A DNA stretch of 63,712 nucleotides, the filler included, from Octopus bimaculoides (lineage: Eukaryota), in assembly GCF_001194135.2 (NCBI RefSeq). It is 5 parts of 5 records of this genome, joined end to end, with 100 filler letters (N's around TTAATTAATTAA, not from the genome) between each part and the next. Parts side by side here need not be neighbours in the genome. Positions count along the whole stretch, not along the records: positions 22,739 to 48,890 come from NC_068986.1; positions 48,991 to 57,443 come from NC_068989.1; 3 more parts are not named here. One strand, given 5' to 3'. A model generated the notes under the pieces. It had not been told where the DNA came from. It did no database searches and was given only the letters and a program-made list of their open reading frames with translations. The translations under genes and the position numbers were made by a program. Position 1 is the stretch's first letter; every line of letters starts with the position of its first letter. This document shows positions 39,885 through 54,047 of the stretch, in pieces.

Positions 39885-42779
39885 GTGTATAAATACATGC
39901 ACACACACGCCCATACATACATATTCATGAATATGTATATGTATATATATATATATGTTTATATATATGCATATATATGTATATATATATATACACACAC
40001 ACACATACACATATATGTATCTNNNNNNNNNNNNNNNNNNNNNNNNNNNNNNNNNNNNNNNNNNNNNNNNNNNNNNNNNNNNNNNNNNNNNNNNNNNNNN
40101 NNNNNNNNNNNNNNNNNNNNNNNNNNNNNNNNNNNNNNNNNNNNNNNNNNNNNNNNNNNNNNNNNNNNNNNNNNNNNNNNNNNNNNNNNNNNNNNNNNNN
40201 NNNNNNNNNNNNNNNNNNNNNNNNNNNNNNNNNNNNNNNNNNNNNNNNNNNNNNNNNNNNNNNNNNNNNNNNNNNNNNNNNNNNNNNNNNNNNNNNNNNN
40301 NNNNNNNNNNNNNNNNNNNNNNNNNNNNNNNNNNNNNNNNNNNNNNNNNNNNNNNNNNNNNNNNNNNNNNNNNNNNNNNNNNNNNNNNNNNNNNNNNNNN
40401 NNNNNNNNNNNNNNNNNNNNNNNNNNNNNNNNNNNNNNNNNNNATATATGTGTGTGTGTGTGTATGTGCATGAGTATGGATACATATATCTTTGTGTGTG
40501 TGTGCTTGGTTATGCCTGGCAATATGCATGCTTGTGTTTGTGTATAAAAGTCGTTTTCAAAGTGCGTTGACTTTCTTTCCTGTGTAGTTATTCTTTGTTC
40601 TCGCCATCTACCTTACTGAATATGAGCTTAAGCCTGAAATGTCAAAGACACTGCAAATTTAGTATACGCCCGTCTGATGATTTCGAAATAGAACAACTGC
40701 TAAAATTTCTGACACCTATTGGGAAAGAAACTCGTGTTTACGTCTGCTGTCTTGCTTCCAGATAAACAGAATTTCTCTAAAGACCTGTGAATTTCGCAAA
40801 AATATGGATTTTTGAGATTATGTCTCCTTGTTATTCGAAGTCGGTTGCAGTTCCTACAAAGTATTTATGTATTACTCTAGCGAAGATAATTTACGTATAT
40901 TAATCAAGAATTTACGTAATATGTTATTTCTTGTTTTCTTATCGCTCACACACGTACATGCATGCTCACACAGGTACATATGCATGGATGCATGTATTTA
41001 GAAATGTATATACAAGGTGTTCATCTATAATCTCTACAACTTTAACAATTTATTGTAGTGTATCGTCTAGACGCGTTGCGTGCAACCAATGGAGCCAACG
41101 TGAAGGTATTCTGATGTTTCAAATAAGACTTTGCTTGCCTATAAGATCTGCAGCATTATCCATACTTTTCATTTCTTTGCTAAAATGTTCAATTTCAAAG
41201 GTAAATTTTGGACATCTTACATATCTGTGTGTTTGTGTGTATATTCGGGCGTGAGTGTGTGTGATTTGATATGGCATATACAGCCAGCACTTACACGTAC
41301 TTTACGTTCAACATAAAATATAAACTGCTTAATAAGTCTCATTACATTTCAATACCAGTAAGAATATTCTTGTTCCTATATTGTTGCGCTGCTTCCCTTT
41401 TCAGTTGCTTTAATAAACATAACCGATCCGAGAAGTGGCAGATGCGTATAATATATACACACTTAAAATTTATACATTTCGAACTCATTTCTTCCACTGG
41501 AATGATATACATACACAACGTTGTACATCACACTTATAGTTGCATGCATACATACATACTTACATTTTTATACAGATATATATANNNNNNNNNNNNNNNN
41601 NNNNNNNNNNNNNNNNNNNNNNNNNNNNNNNNNNNNNNNNNNNNNNNNNNNNNNNNNNNNNNNNNNNNNNNNNNNNNNNNNNNNNNNNNNNNNNNNNNNN
41701 NNNNNNNNNNNNNNNNNNNNNNNNNNNNNNNNNNNNNNNNNNNNNNNNNNNNNNNNNNNNNNNNNNNNNNNNNNNNNNNNNNNNNNNNNNNNNNNNNNNN
41801 NNNNNNNNNNNNNNNNNNNNNNNNNNNNNNNNNNNNNNNNNNNNNNNNNNNNNNNNNNNNNNNNNNNNNNNNNNNNNNNNNNNNNNNNNNNNNNNNNNNN
41901 NNNNNNNNNNNNNNNNNNNNNNNNNNNNNNNNNNNNNNNNNNNNNNNNNNNNNNNNNNNNNNNNNNNNNNNNNNNNNNNNNNNNNNNNNNNNNNNNNNNN
42001 NNNNNNNNNNNNNNNNNNNNNNNNNNNNNNNNNNNNNNNNNNNNNNNNNNNNNNNNNNNNNNNNNNNNNNNNNNNNNNNNNNNNNNNNNNNNNNNNNNNN
42101 NNNNNNNNNNNNNNNNNNNNNNNNNNNNNNNNNNNNNNNNNNNNNNNNNNNNNNNNNATATACATAGAGAGAGAGACAGAGAGACAGAGAGAGAGACATA
42201 TATACATACGTACATGCATACATACATGCATACATACATACATACATATATTTACTTTATATGCATCTATGTATGTGATTATATGATGTGTGTGCATCCA
42301 TATACAAATACATACAAAAGTTCATGAAGACGTTCGTACACACATATTTAAGCGCACAAAACACGTACACATATGCGCATGTGTATTTGTAAATATTGTT
42401 GCACAACGTGTCTAATTTTGTTATTTCTCCAAAATTCTCGAGCATAAAAACATAAAAATATAAAAATGATATAGACAAATATTCTAACAAATTTTCTAAC
42501 AAAAACTTATTGGAATCATTCTCACTTTTTTCCATCTTGGAACAGTGGTTATTAGTAGCTGCGAGTCTTTACTTTGGTTGTTTACCAAATTTTTGGCTCC
42601 ACTTAGTACTTAGGTATATTTTTTATTTGGTCGGGTTAATATTTTTGGGTGAGTATTTTTACATTTTTTTACGTTTTTACTGAGGTTTTTTATGTTTCGA
42701 GCAGTTAGTTTGAGTGTGAATATCAAGATTGAAGTTAGGCAAACAAGCTATCCTACACAGCTGAATAAATCTCTCCTTT

Positions 42780-42793
42780 TCTCTATCTATCTC

Positions 42794-42881
<88 letters not shown>

Positions 42882-42910
42882 CTGTCTACCTGTCTCTCTG
42901 TCTATCTCTC
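42780..42910 (+). repeat. (TCTA)n microsatellite
   Basis: Directly visible. Confidence 0.95.
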
Positions 42911-43227
42911 TATGAAACATACCAACATTTGTATATTTATACGTACTTACATACATAAAAATCAATCAGTCTCTTCAGAATATTTTCGACCTTATTTATT
43001 TCCTTCACACACAATCACACACATTCACACACACACATACATATATAAATGCATATGCAAATGTTTTTTCGTCTATGTGTGGATGTGTGGATATATACAT
43101 ACGTACATATATATATATATATACAAGAATAAGGGCAGGGAATCGTCAATTAATAATAGAATTAATAATTAACAATTTTGCCAAGTAGTTCAGTATGAAA
43201 AAACCTTTATCGGTAAAAACATTTATC

Positions 43228-43472
43228 ATCATAAATATACAGGGATTAGCATTGAGTTGCTTCTCCAACATACTGAAAATTTAGAAATAGCAGTCAAAGA
43301 ACTACTGATTCTAAACTACACATTTTTCTCTAAATGGATGGCGATATTTATGGCACATCGCCATCCATTTAGAGAAAAATTTGTAGTTTAGAATCAGTAG
43401 TTCTTTGACTGCTATTTCTAAATTTTCAGTATGTTGGAGAAGCAACTCAATGCTAATCCCTGTATATTTATG

Positions 43473-43474
<2 letters not shown>
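43228..43474. mobile_element. Foldback element/MITE: 118-bp arms, 11-nt loop
   Basis: 43228-43345 is the reverse complement of 43357-43474 with one mismatch. Loop atttatggcac. Confidence 0.85.
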
Positions 43475-43503
<29 letters not shown>

Positions 43504-43549
43504 CTCACAAAGATGTGCATATACGTACATATACGCATACATACGATAC

Positions 43550-43586
<37 letters not shown>

Positions 43587-44808
43587 CATACATTTATATA
43601 TATAGAATGGAACAAAAACATAATAGAGGACAATAACACATTCGGACAGATAGACGATACAGAGTCGGAGAGGAGAAACAACAATTAGAAGGACAGTCCC
43701 CCCACCCAACCCCCAAAAGACGGGTCATTAGTGGCCTTCTTTCCTGAGTCAATTCCTTGGTGTTTCGGGAAGTTACATTTGAGATAGTTCAATCTGGTTG
43801 CCCCCCCAAAAAGTCTAACCTAAGAGCATTAGATGTTTTTTGTAAGAAAGCTAGCGAATGTGTACTGCAACGATGACAAAAAAACGGAGAATATTTTACA
43901 CAATTACAAAAACAAACAACAACAATATAACAACAGGTGTCTTTCGACTGATAACGAATCAAATTGAGCTGGTGTGTATGAAGTGAAAGCCTAAAGGCAG
44001 GAACATGAGAGATGGACATAAGATGTGTTGACGGTTGGCAGTCAGGCCAAGGAAGAAAGATCATGGCTGACCGGACACTGGTCACGTGGAAAGAGGAGAG
44101 AGGGGTAGGGGGTAGCGGGATTGAAAGATTAGAAGAAAAAATCAGACAAAAGGAAAGGTACAGGCGAGATAAACGACGAAATTTAGATACATATCTACTA
44201 TAAGGTAAGCACAAGTGTGTACGTACGCCGCTATGTATGATGATGGTGGTGGTGGTGACGTCAGCGCCGGCTACGACGACAACGACGATGAAGAGGATGG
44301 TGATGACGGGATCGATGACAAGTGAAAAACATTACAAATTAGGTAGAAGAAACATTCAATCTCCAAATGTGAGATGTAGAATGTGTACTTTCGTGCAACA
44401 ACGGACGTCGCTACAAACAAATTGACGACAATTAAAATAAAAGATCACATTTTATTCTGCAAGTTTTGCAAATATGGTTAAATGTAATGAAATGGGCATT
44501 CCGATGGGTATGCATCATAAATATTTTAAAGCTACTCTACTAAGAATGCGAAACTGAGGTATCAGTTCTCTTAAAAATTCGCAGAGAAAATGGTGTTTAT
44601 CTAAATACAATATTGATATCCTATAGGCTTGTGATGCGTTGTCTAAGTCCGCAAAATATTAGAAATCAAAATTAAACACTTAAGGAAGGAGTCGATTATC
44701 CGCAAAACGAACAACTAAAATATATTGACGAATGTAAATCTCGGAGATAGACACGTAGACCTAATGGATAGAAGAAATTTAGATAAAAGGAAGTAGAAAA
44801 ACCTAAAT

Positions 44809-44960
44809 GTGGCTGAGTGGTAAGTAGTTTGTTTACCCAAACACATGGTACTGGGTTCAGTTCACTGCGTGGCACATTGGGCAAGTATCTTCTACTACAC
44901 TACAACACTGTCCAAAGCCTTCTGCATGGATTTAGTAAAGGAAAAGTGAAAGAAGCCCGT

Positions 44961-44998
<38 letters not shown>

Positions 44999-45297
44999 CA
45001 GAAACACACATATGTGTGTGTGTGTGTGTGTGTGTGCGTGTTCTTGTGTCTCTGTCTGTCCCCCACCACCGTTTGAAACTGGTGTCGGTGTGATTACATC
45101 CCCATAACTTGGTGCTTTGGTTAGAGAGACCTACTGAATATGTACCAGACTTATAAAAAGAAAATAAGCACATGAATCGAATCGTTCGACTAGAATTCTT
45201 CAAAGATGTGCCCCAGAGTGGCCTCAGTGTAATGGCCGTAAAAGAGAATGTTTTCCAAGAAAAAATGAACCAGTTGAGCACAGACGAAAGTATAAAT
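44809..45297 (+). mobile_element. SINE family A, diverged copy
   Basis: gtggctgagtggtaagtag...gggttcagttcactgcgtggcacattgggcaag...aaagaagcccgt(TA)n(TG)n...tgtcccccc. Confidence 0.75.
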
Positions 45298-46415
45298 ACA
45301 AGTGAGGAATATTTAAGAGGCAGTTCTAAAGAAAGTGACAACGAACATTATCATGGAAAGGGCAAATAATTAAATAGTATCTATCAATAGATATTTTTGA
45401 TATCACCAGGTTTGACGGAATATTATATACCTTGGCCATTACCGCCATAAAAAAGAAGTCGAAAACTAACCTAGATCGACTCAAGTAGCCATATGAAACC
45501 CAAGCAAACAACATGGGAATCAATCATAACAATAGATAGTAAAAGGAATTATCTCTTAGACTGGGATGAAATGAATAAAGACACATTTGAGAGAAAAAGG
45601 AGACGAAATATAGTGAAATATTCCGTAGCCAAAATAGAAACACCCGAAATCAAAGGATATTTGAAAATGAGAAATCCTAACTAAACTGCAAATAATCTTT
45701 GGCTATAAAAAGCATCAGCGATTCTTTGAATAAAACATGGAGCTCTAATACAACCCGAAATAATATTATCAAGAATTCGAAATAAAAAAGCGAAATTAAT
45801 GCAGCTCTGACAACAAGAGAATCAGAACGGTTATGGAGTTTTTTTTTTTTTTCCGTGACTAACGAAGAAATTAACACAGAAACGAGCAGAACGCGTGAAC
45901 ATCCATGCAGGTCACAACAAACTAAATAGCCCAGATGCTATATAAAAAAATATAAACAACTGAAAGACAACAACACATTATATGACTCCAAAGTATTTCA
46001 CAAGGACACAGATGTATGATAAGCGTCTGACAGTGCCCGAGACAACACCTGCTTGACGTGGTGGGGGGACGAAATTGAATTAATATAGAAAACTAAAGTA
46101 ACGGCAAACCTTAAAATCTACAGACACAGCCTGCATATGTACAGCTTACGAAACCATAACTGCCATATTATAGCAGTGAACGAAAAAAAACTAGTTCTGG
46201 AAAAATCAATTTTCTTGCGCAAGAGTGGCAGAGTTACAAAGATCAATTAATGAATAACAAACCCATAAACGAAATGTTTTGCAGGGAGAGTTTGAGAATG
46301 GCATGTATTGGGTATAAGAAAGCTTTCACGGTATTTCTCATTATTGCTTTCTTGAATCAGTAGCACCAATAATAAGTAGATACATGAAACATGCGAGCAA
46401 GTGGTAAACAATTCT

Positions 46416-46446
<31 letters not shown>

Positions 46447-47012
46447 NNNNNNNNNNNNNNNNNNNNNNNNNNNNNNNNNNNNNNNNNNNNNNNNNNNNNN
46501 NNNNNNNNNNNNNNNNNNNNNNNNNNNNNNNNNNNNNNNNNNNNNNNNNNNNNNNNNNNNNNNNNNNNNNNNNNNNNNNNNNNNNNNNNNNNNNNNNNNN
46601 NNNNNNNNNNNNNNNNNNNNNNNNNNNNNNNNNNNNNNNNNNNNNNNNNNNNNNNNNNNNNNNNNNNNNNNNNNNNNNNNNNNNNNNNNNNNNNNNNNNN
46701 NNNNNNNNNNNNNNNNNNNNNNNNNNNNNNNNNNNNNNNNNNNNNNNNNNNNNNNNNNNNNNNNNNNNNNNNNNNNNNNNNNNNNNNNNNNNNNNNNNNN
46801 NNNNNNNNNNNNNNNNNNNNNNNNNNNNNNNNNNNNNNNNNNNNNNNNNNNNNNNNNNNNNNNNNNNNNNNNNNNNNNNNNNNNNNNNNNNNNNNNNNNN
46901 NNNNNNNNNNNNNNNNNNNNNNNNNNNNNNNNNNNNNNNNNNNNNNNNNNNNNNNNNNNNNNNNNNNNNNNNNNNNNNNNNNNNNNNNNNNNNNNNNNNN
47001 NNNNNNNNNNNN

Positions 47013-47049
<37 letters not shown>

Positions 47050-47620
47050 CAAAGCAAAAGTGAGGTTTATAAAACTAATACCAATATTGTTAGTGAATGT
47101 ATATTCAAGAAGTCTCCTCCTCTTCACTCCTTCTTTGGCAGCCATTAACATCTTTAACTAACGCGATACCCAGATACATTGTTATGGAAGGGAAATCAAG
47201 CATCTTTTGTAAATGGACTACCTTGGGTTATATACTACAAATAACAAACAACGAGGAACACATCCTTCTTCTTGCGAAGCTATAGGGGAAGTTTTCTCTT
47301 TGGAATACTCAACGGCCAACGAATCAAGGTTCCTTGCTTTGTATCTAAACGGCTTCTTACCCTCAGAGATCTTCGGTAGGCGCAGTTATTCACGGCTTCT
47401 GGCCAAGTTTGCAAAACTTGTTGCAGCTGCTCTTGTTAGCGCTGATGCTGCTGTTACTCCAAGCTTTGCTGGTACAGATGTTGCTGCTGCTGTTGCAGTT
47501 GCTATTTCATTGCTGTTACCACATTTTTCGCGGTTGTTGTTTACGTTGCCATTCCTGGTAATGAAAAATCGAATCTCTTCCAGCGATATTTTGATAATTT
47601 TGTACTTTTGTCAGCAGTTA

Positions 47621-47783
47621 GGCGTAGGAGTGGCTGTGTGGTAAGTAGCTTGCTTACCAGCCACATGGTTCCAGGTTCAGTCCCACTGCGTGACATCTTG
47701 GACAAGTGTCTTCTACTATAGCCTCGGGCCGACCAAAGCCTTGTGAGTGGATTTGGTAGACAGAAACTGAAAGAAGCCCGTCG

Positions 47784-47828
<45 letters not shown>

Positions 47829-48070
47829 GTATGTATGTATGTATGTGTGTGTGTGTGTGTGTGTGTATGCTTGTGTTTGTCCCCCTAACATCGCTTGGCA
47901 ACAGATACTGGTGTGTTTACGTCCCGTAACATAGCGGTTCAGCAAAATAGAACGATAGAATAAGAACTAGGCTTACAAAGAACAAGTCCTGGGGTCGATT
48001 TGCTCGACTAAAGGCGGTGCTCCAGCATGGCCACAGTCAAATGACTAAAACATGTAAAAGAGTCAAAGAG
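47621..48070 (+). mobile_element. Full-length SINE family A
   Basis: Aligns end to end with 37718-38123. Confidence 0.9.
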
Positions 48071-48990
48071 TTATGGCGGGGAAACTCGGGATGGTGTCGG
48101 TGTCAGCAGCTTCAATAGTGTTGATCTTGCTGCTCCACTGTTGTTGCTATTGCTGATGATGCCGCTGGTTGTTGCAGTAATGGGGGGAGCGTTGGAGATG
48201 ATGCTGGCGATGACGACACTGGCGATAATAACGATAGTCTTTTGGTTACTGAAGCTTTATTCACACACTTAACAGCCTTCTGATTGCTACATAACGTTCA
48301 TGATTTTACCATTTTTTTTTCGCTTTTCTTATTTTTTCCGCCGTAAATTTGAAAACAAAATTTCCCAAACAAAAGTCGAAAAGCGATAGAAAAACGAGAG
48401 CTGGCCAGCTCTTTAGGCTGCTGCTCATATCACGACAGAAACAGACAGTAATAATAGTACACAAGTTTAGTCCGTACTACCGACTTTATACCAAATTTTC
48501 GTAGCGAGAACGACACGTGGTTACTATGCCGAAAGCCAAGAATTACAGGAATAAGAAAATGCTTGGGAAATTGTACTTATTTATGTAAGAAATCAATAAC
48601 GATCGTACTATACAGAACTAAGTAAAGTGCTGCTTGCTTAGTGTTTAAAATATTAATAGCAGCACTAAACACACCATGAAATGCTATGATTACAACTCAT
48701 ATCAGCAAAATTTGTGATCACATACTCACACACAGAGATACAGATACAAACAAACACGCACACAAACACACTGATATACACATTGAGAGATAGAGACAGA
48801 GAAATAGGGAGAGAGGAGGTGGAGAGTCCCGAAAGAAAGAGTAAGAGAGACAGGGATTGGGTTATGTAAATATACTTACTGATATGTATANNNNNNNNNN
48901 NNNNNNNNNNNNNNNNNNNNNNNNNNNNNNNNNNTTAATTAATTAANNNNNNNNNNNNNNNNNNNNNNNNNNNNNNNNNNNNNNNNNNNN

Positions 48991-49058
<68 letters not shown>

Positions 49059-49931
49059 TATATATATATGTGTGTGTATAATGTATACATACATGCATGC
49101 ATGCATGCATACATACATATACCACCGTCGCTGTCTTCACGTTTTATACCTCCGCAAGTATTGTCGCCACTACCTGTAGCACGATGACCACCACCACCAA
49201 TACAATACCATCGTCACCACCACCACTTCTGTCAACTATAGTACTATCATAAAAAAGAACTGAGACATTGGTGCAATATGATGTGATTCATTTTTATTGA
49301 TTCGGAATGCAGTAGTGACATTTCAGCTCTTTAAGGAACATGGTTAACACAAACCAAAGGAGGTGGGGGGACTCTAACTTGGGCACTCAGTCAGCCAGAA
49401 AAAAACAGCCAAATCTCCCTTGTATCATAACTGACTACTTTAAGGAATGAAAAGAATACATTAGATAATGTAGTTTTACATGTTCGGACAGCAGATGGAA
49501 TGGTCATGACTGGAAGGCCTTTGATCATATATCTGCTTAACGAAGCCTAGTTGTTGAGCAACAACATTGTTAGTCAGTTAATACAAGAACTGTGATGAGT
49601 TACGAAGAGAGCCTCTACAAGTTTGTAGAATCTACTAACAATAGCAGCGAAATCTCCCTCAAATCATATCTGTACTGCCTTAGAAATTGGAAAGGCACAT
49701 CAGATTATGTAGTCTTATGAAAGAAACGGAATGATCAGAGTCAGATTTTTTTTTTTTTTTTTTTTTTTGATAAGAGGTCAACCAAATCAACTCCAGAGCT
49801 CATTCTGAATCTGGTAGATATTCTATCGGTCTCTTTCGGCCGGAACTGTTAAGTTGTCTATGGTTTGTAGAAAGTGTATGTATGCATGTATGTATATACG
49901 TATGTATGGATGGAAGCATGTACACTTTACA

Positions 49932-50308
49932 GGTACTACTAAAGCAGCACGGTCCCGAACGTGCAGTCGCGCGTCCGAGCTAGCTAGTCGTGAGTGGTCG
50001 ATCCTAACCCTAACCCTAAACACGTATTCATTTGCACACGCGGGTTAGGGATAGGGTTAGGGTTAGGGTNNNNNNNNNNGTGAGTGGTCGATCCTAACCC
50101 TAACCCTAAACACGTATTCATTTGCACACGCGGGTTAGGGATAGGGTTAGGGTTAGGGTTAGGGTTAGGGTTAGGGTTAGGGACAGGGTTAGGGTAAGGG
50201 TTAGGGTTAGGGATAGGGTTAGGATGAGGATCGACCACTCAAGACTAGCTAGCGCGGACGCGCGACTGCGCGACTGCGCGTTCGGGACCGTGCTGCTTTA
50301 GTAGTACC
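49932..50308. mobile_element. Non-autonomous TIR DNA transposon (Merlin-like, or MULE) containing telomeric repeats
   Basis: Perfect 9-bp TSD cactttaca (49923-49931, 50309-50317). TIRs 49932-50005 and 50227-50308, first 30 bp identical, starting GGTAC. Interior has (CCCTAA)n then (TTAGGG)n. Confidence 0.85.
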
Positions 50309-51185
50309 CACTTTACAATTACTGTAGACCAAATTTGAAAATGGATTAATGTGTACTGTTTGGGGATAAAAGAATCAAAGGTCCTTCCCAAAGTATAAGC
50401 TCACAAGGCCGATTTCGCAGATTCTGTGATGGTTGCACTCGTATCCTGATATATATANNNNNNNNNNNNNNNNNNNNNNNNNNNNNNNNNNNNNNNNNNN
50501 NNNNNNNNNNNNNNNNNNNNNNNNNNNNNNNNNNNNNNNNNNNNNNNNNNNNNNNNNNNNNNNNNNNNNNNNNNNNNNNNNNNNNNNNNNNNNNNNNNNN
50601 NNNNNNNNNNNNNNNNNNNNNNNNNNNNNNNNNNNNNNNNNNNNNNNNNNNNNNNNNNNNNNNNNNNNNNNNNNNNNNNNNNNNNNNNNNNNNNNNNNNN
50701 NNNNNNNNNNNNNNNNNNNNNNNNNNNNNNNNNNNNNNNNNNNNNNNNNNNNNNNNNNNNNNNNNNNNNNNNNNNNNNNNNNNNNNNNNNNNNNNNNNNN
50801 NNNNNNNNNNNNNNNNNNNNNNNNNNNNNNNNNNNNNNNNNNNNNNNNNNNNNNNNNNNNNNNNNNNNNNNNNNNNNNNNNNNNNNNNNNNNNNNNNNNN
50901 NNNNNNNNNNNNNNNNNNNNNNNNNNNNNNNNNNNNNNNNNNNNNNNNNNNNNNNNNNNNNNNNNNNNNNNNNNNNNNNNNNNNNNNNNNNNNNNNNNNN
51001 NNNNNNNNNNNNNNNNNNNNNNNNNNNNNNNNNNNNNNNNNNNNNNNNNNNNNNNNNNNNNNNNNNNNNNNNNNNNNNNNNNNNNNNNNNNNNNNNNNNN
51101 NNNNNNNNNNNNNNNNNNNNNNNNNNNNNNNNNNNNNNNNNNNNNNNNNNNNNNNNNNNNNNNNNNNNNNNNAAGTTGTTGGATC

Positions 51186-51408
51186 TGTAGTAACGCCGTG
51201 CGCATGCGTAGTCTCACGCATGCGTGGAATTAAACAAGCAAGCTTTCCCGCTTAATTCTATCTCTTTCTCGGTCGGCCGACCATGAGCATGGATGTGTCA
51301 AGCAGTGTCTCCAACATTCCAACTCTGGAGACAGTCTCTTTACGTGTTTAGCTGTCACTCTCCATCTTTCGGACTTACACTCGACAGCTCGCTTACATCT
51401 ACATAACA
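51186..51408. mobile_element. Possible LTR
   Basis: TGTAGT...ATAACA termini, GC-richer than flanks and upstream of the Gypsy RT. No TSD or second copy seen. Confidence 0.25.
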
Positions 51409-51732
51409 ACGTCCCAACAACTATACTCACACACACAGAAGCTGTAACAACAAGAGCTAAAGATGTATATATTTACCACCTGAATAAATGTTGAAAAGGA
51501 AAGTCAGGTGTACATCTAATGATGTATAACCAACTTTCCTATAGATCTATCGAGTAACATTTAATCTCAGCAACACCGACAAGTCACGAAAATTTATAGT
51601 AGTAGACAGCCCATACTTTTTTAGGCTGACTGGAAAAGATATCATTAAAGATAGCTCGTTTTATGTCAATTTGAACATGGATCTGTTCCCATAGGTTAAG
51701 GGTTTTGTGGTCCGAGTTAACTGCTCTAATGC

Positions 51733-52300
51733 GTGATTAGATCAGCGAGACGTGTTCCAGTACATTTGGAAAAAGGAGTTAAAAATGAATTGAAGAGGTT
51801 GGAAATGATGGGTATCATCACACCGTCGGATTACTCTGGAATCTGGATTATTGTGGAATGGCTGAGAAAAAAGAAGGATCTTTTCGCATGTGTGTCGATT
51901 ACAAGGCTCATTTAAATGCACGTATTGACACTTATTCTTTTTCTTTCTATACCATCAATTGACACCATTTTCTCTGGTATGTCAGGTGCAAAATTTTTCT
52001 TCAATCTCGATTTAAAGCATGCGTATTGGCAAATATATTTAACGGAGAAAGCAAGGCGTATTTGCGCTATTAATACAATCAATGGTCTCAACCCGGTTAA
52101 CAGACTTCATATGGAACTTAGAATTCGAGTAGCATATTTCAGAACTGCATGGAAGCTTTACTAAAAGGGTTCGAAGGAGTCAGGGTATACCAAAATGATA
52201 TTCTAATCTATGCTAGTAGTGAAGCAAAATTGAGGAGCAGAGAAAATACGGTAGTTGCAGGGCTAACCAAGGCGCAAGTATTTCGACAGGATGTAAAGAG
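51733..52300 (+). mobile_element. Ty3/Gypsy reverse transcriptase remnant (frameshifted)
   Basis: ARRVPVHLEKGVKNELKRLEMMGIITP; IPSIDTIFSGMSGAKFFFNLDLKHAYWQI...AINTING; MEALLKGFEGVRVYQNDILI (degenerate YxDD). Confidence 0.85.
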
Positions 52301-52589
52301 CCAAAACGTTTCGAGGCGAAATAATGTGATGGTTGCATTGAGTTGTTGATTTGGTATCCTGATATTTATATAGAACTCTCAAAGGAAGTCTCGTGCAACC
52401 ACGTAGAAATCATGAGAAGAGAGATGAACGAACTGGCAGACATAAAAAGGAGCATTACTGCTACTCACAGGAGAACGCTACTAGAATCAGTATAGCGTGG
52501 TTCTCGAAAAGTGAGCTGTATAACTTGCAGTTACGAGCATTCACTATTTGTCCTACAAGAGTGAAATACAACAGATTCTGTAGCGTATA

Positions 52590-52775
52590 AATCCCTGCCC
52601 TGGATGGGACGCTAGTCTGTTTCAGGATCACTAAAGTTTGCTAGCTGAGTGGACTGAAGAAACATGAAATGAGGTATTTTGCTCAAGAACATAACGCCTC
52701 ACTTAGTCCAGGAATCGAAACCACAATGTTACGATCATCAATTTCACCCTAATCACTATGCCACACGCCTCCACG
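52590..52775 (-). mobile_element. SINE family C
   Basis: Reverse-complement head GTGGAGGCGTGTGGCATAGTGATTAGGG...GGTTTCGATTCCTGG, then cttgagcaaaata...cagtccactcagct. Confidence 0.7.
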
Positions 52776-53203
52776 ATCGGTATAAGCATACAGTATTTGA
52801 AAATGTATAAATATTTAAATAGATTTGAAATGTATAAATATCTAAATAGATTTGAAATTGCCGAGAGATGTCTAGACTTTGTAAAATAAAATACTAGATT
52901 TTAAATTCTACTAAATACCTTGCGGGGATAAAAAGCATTTGGAAATCGATATAAAGAAATAAAGAAATGAATTAGACGCAGATTTATGTTTTATGAATTT
53001 ATTGACTGACGTCAGCATCCGCAAAGTAAAATTAATTGCTTTTATTGTTTATTTTTAATACTTTAAAAGAGTTTTCATTCTGCTTTGCTTTTCAGTCTTC
53101 TGTATGTGCAATTCCCTGTAGCAGCTGAGTGCATTTTCAGCTTTTCTTCTGATTTATATCTATCAATGTCTGTCTATTATTATAGCTATATCTATTTGCT
53201 TAG

Positions 53204-53310
<107 letters not shown>

Positions 53311-54047
53311 TCAAGCATTACACGTGCTTGACCCAACAGAATTTGGGGTCGAACTCGAATGAGTCTTGACTATAATTTCGTAACCTCGCTGCACATTAGA
53401 AATATCGACTTTTTTCAATTTTTTAATTTCCATTAACTTTCTCAAAGTTGGTTAGAATTGCATATACTTTGTTAAAATATTCATTGTATTATAACTTTTA
53501 TTTTCATATAAGTTTTGTAGCATAATAATTAATAATTATAATTATAAGAAGAGCACCCAGAGAGCGCAAACCTCCGCCAATGTTTCTTTATTTTGGCACT
53601 ACGGCCACAACACAGAGGGGACACTACAAAGACAGACATAACACCACAGTAGGGACAAAAACATAAAACGAATGAAAATGAGATGTTATATAAAAATGAG
53701 AAATGATATGGTTGCATGGGCCCCACTCCCATGCAGTATCATTTGAAAGTTTATATAAACTATTTACAATCGTTGTATTATCTTATTGTTTTTTTCTTAG
53801 TCACGTTTTTTTCCTCTTTTTAAAATGAAACATTTAAATTTTTTTCCTCTTTCTTCAATAAAACAATTTTACTTACTTTTTCCTTTTTAATATCTCATGA
53901 AAGGTTNNNNNNNNNNNNNNNNNNNNNNNNNNNNNNNNNNNNNNNNNNNNNNNNNNNNNNNNNNNNNNNNNNNNNNNNNNNNNNNNNNNNNNNNNNNNNN
54001 NNNNNNNNNNNNNNNNNNNNNNNNNNNNNNNNNCTTTTTTTCCCATC

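Noticed and set aside
47358-47555. Candidate minus-strand exon (ttaccag|G ... GG|gtaaga)
   Set aside because: All three frames contain stops, the sequence is low complexity, and there is no transcript evidence.
49990-50159. Exact 80-bp duplication across a 10-N gap inside the telomeric-repeat element
   Set aside because: Most likely unmerged overlapping contig ends. The true element is probably about 90 bp shorter.
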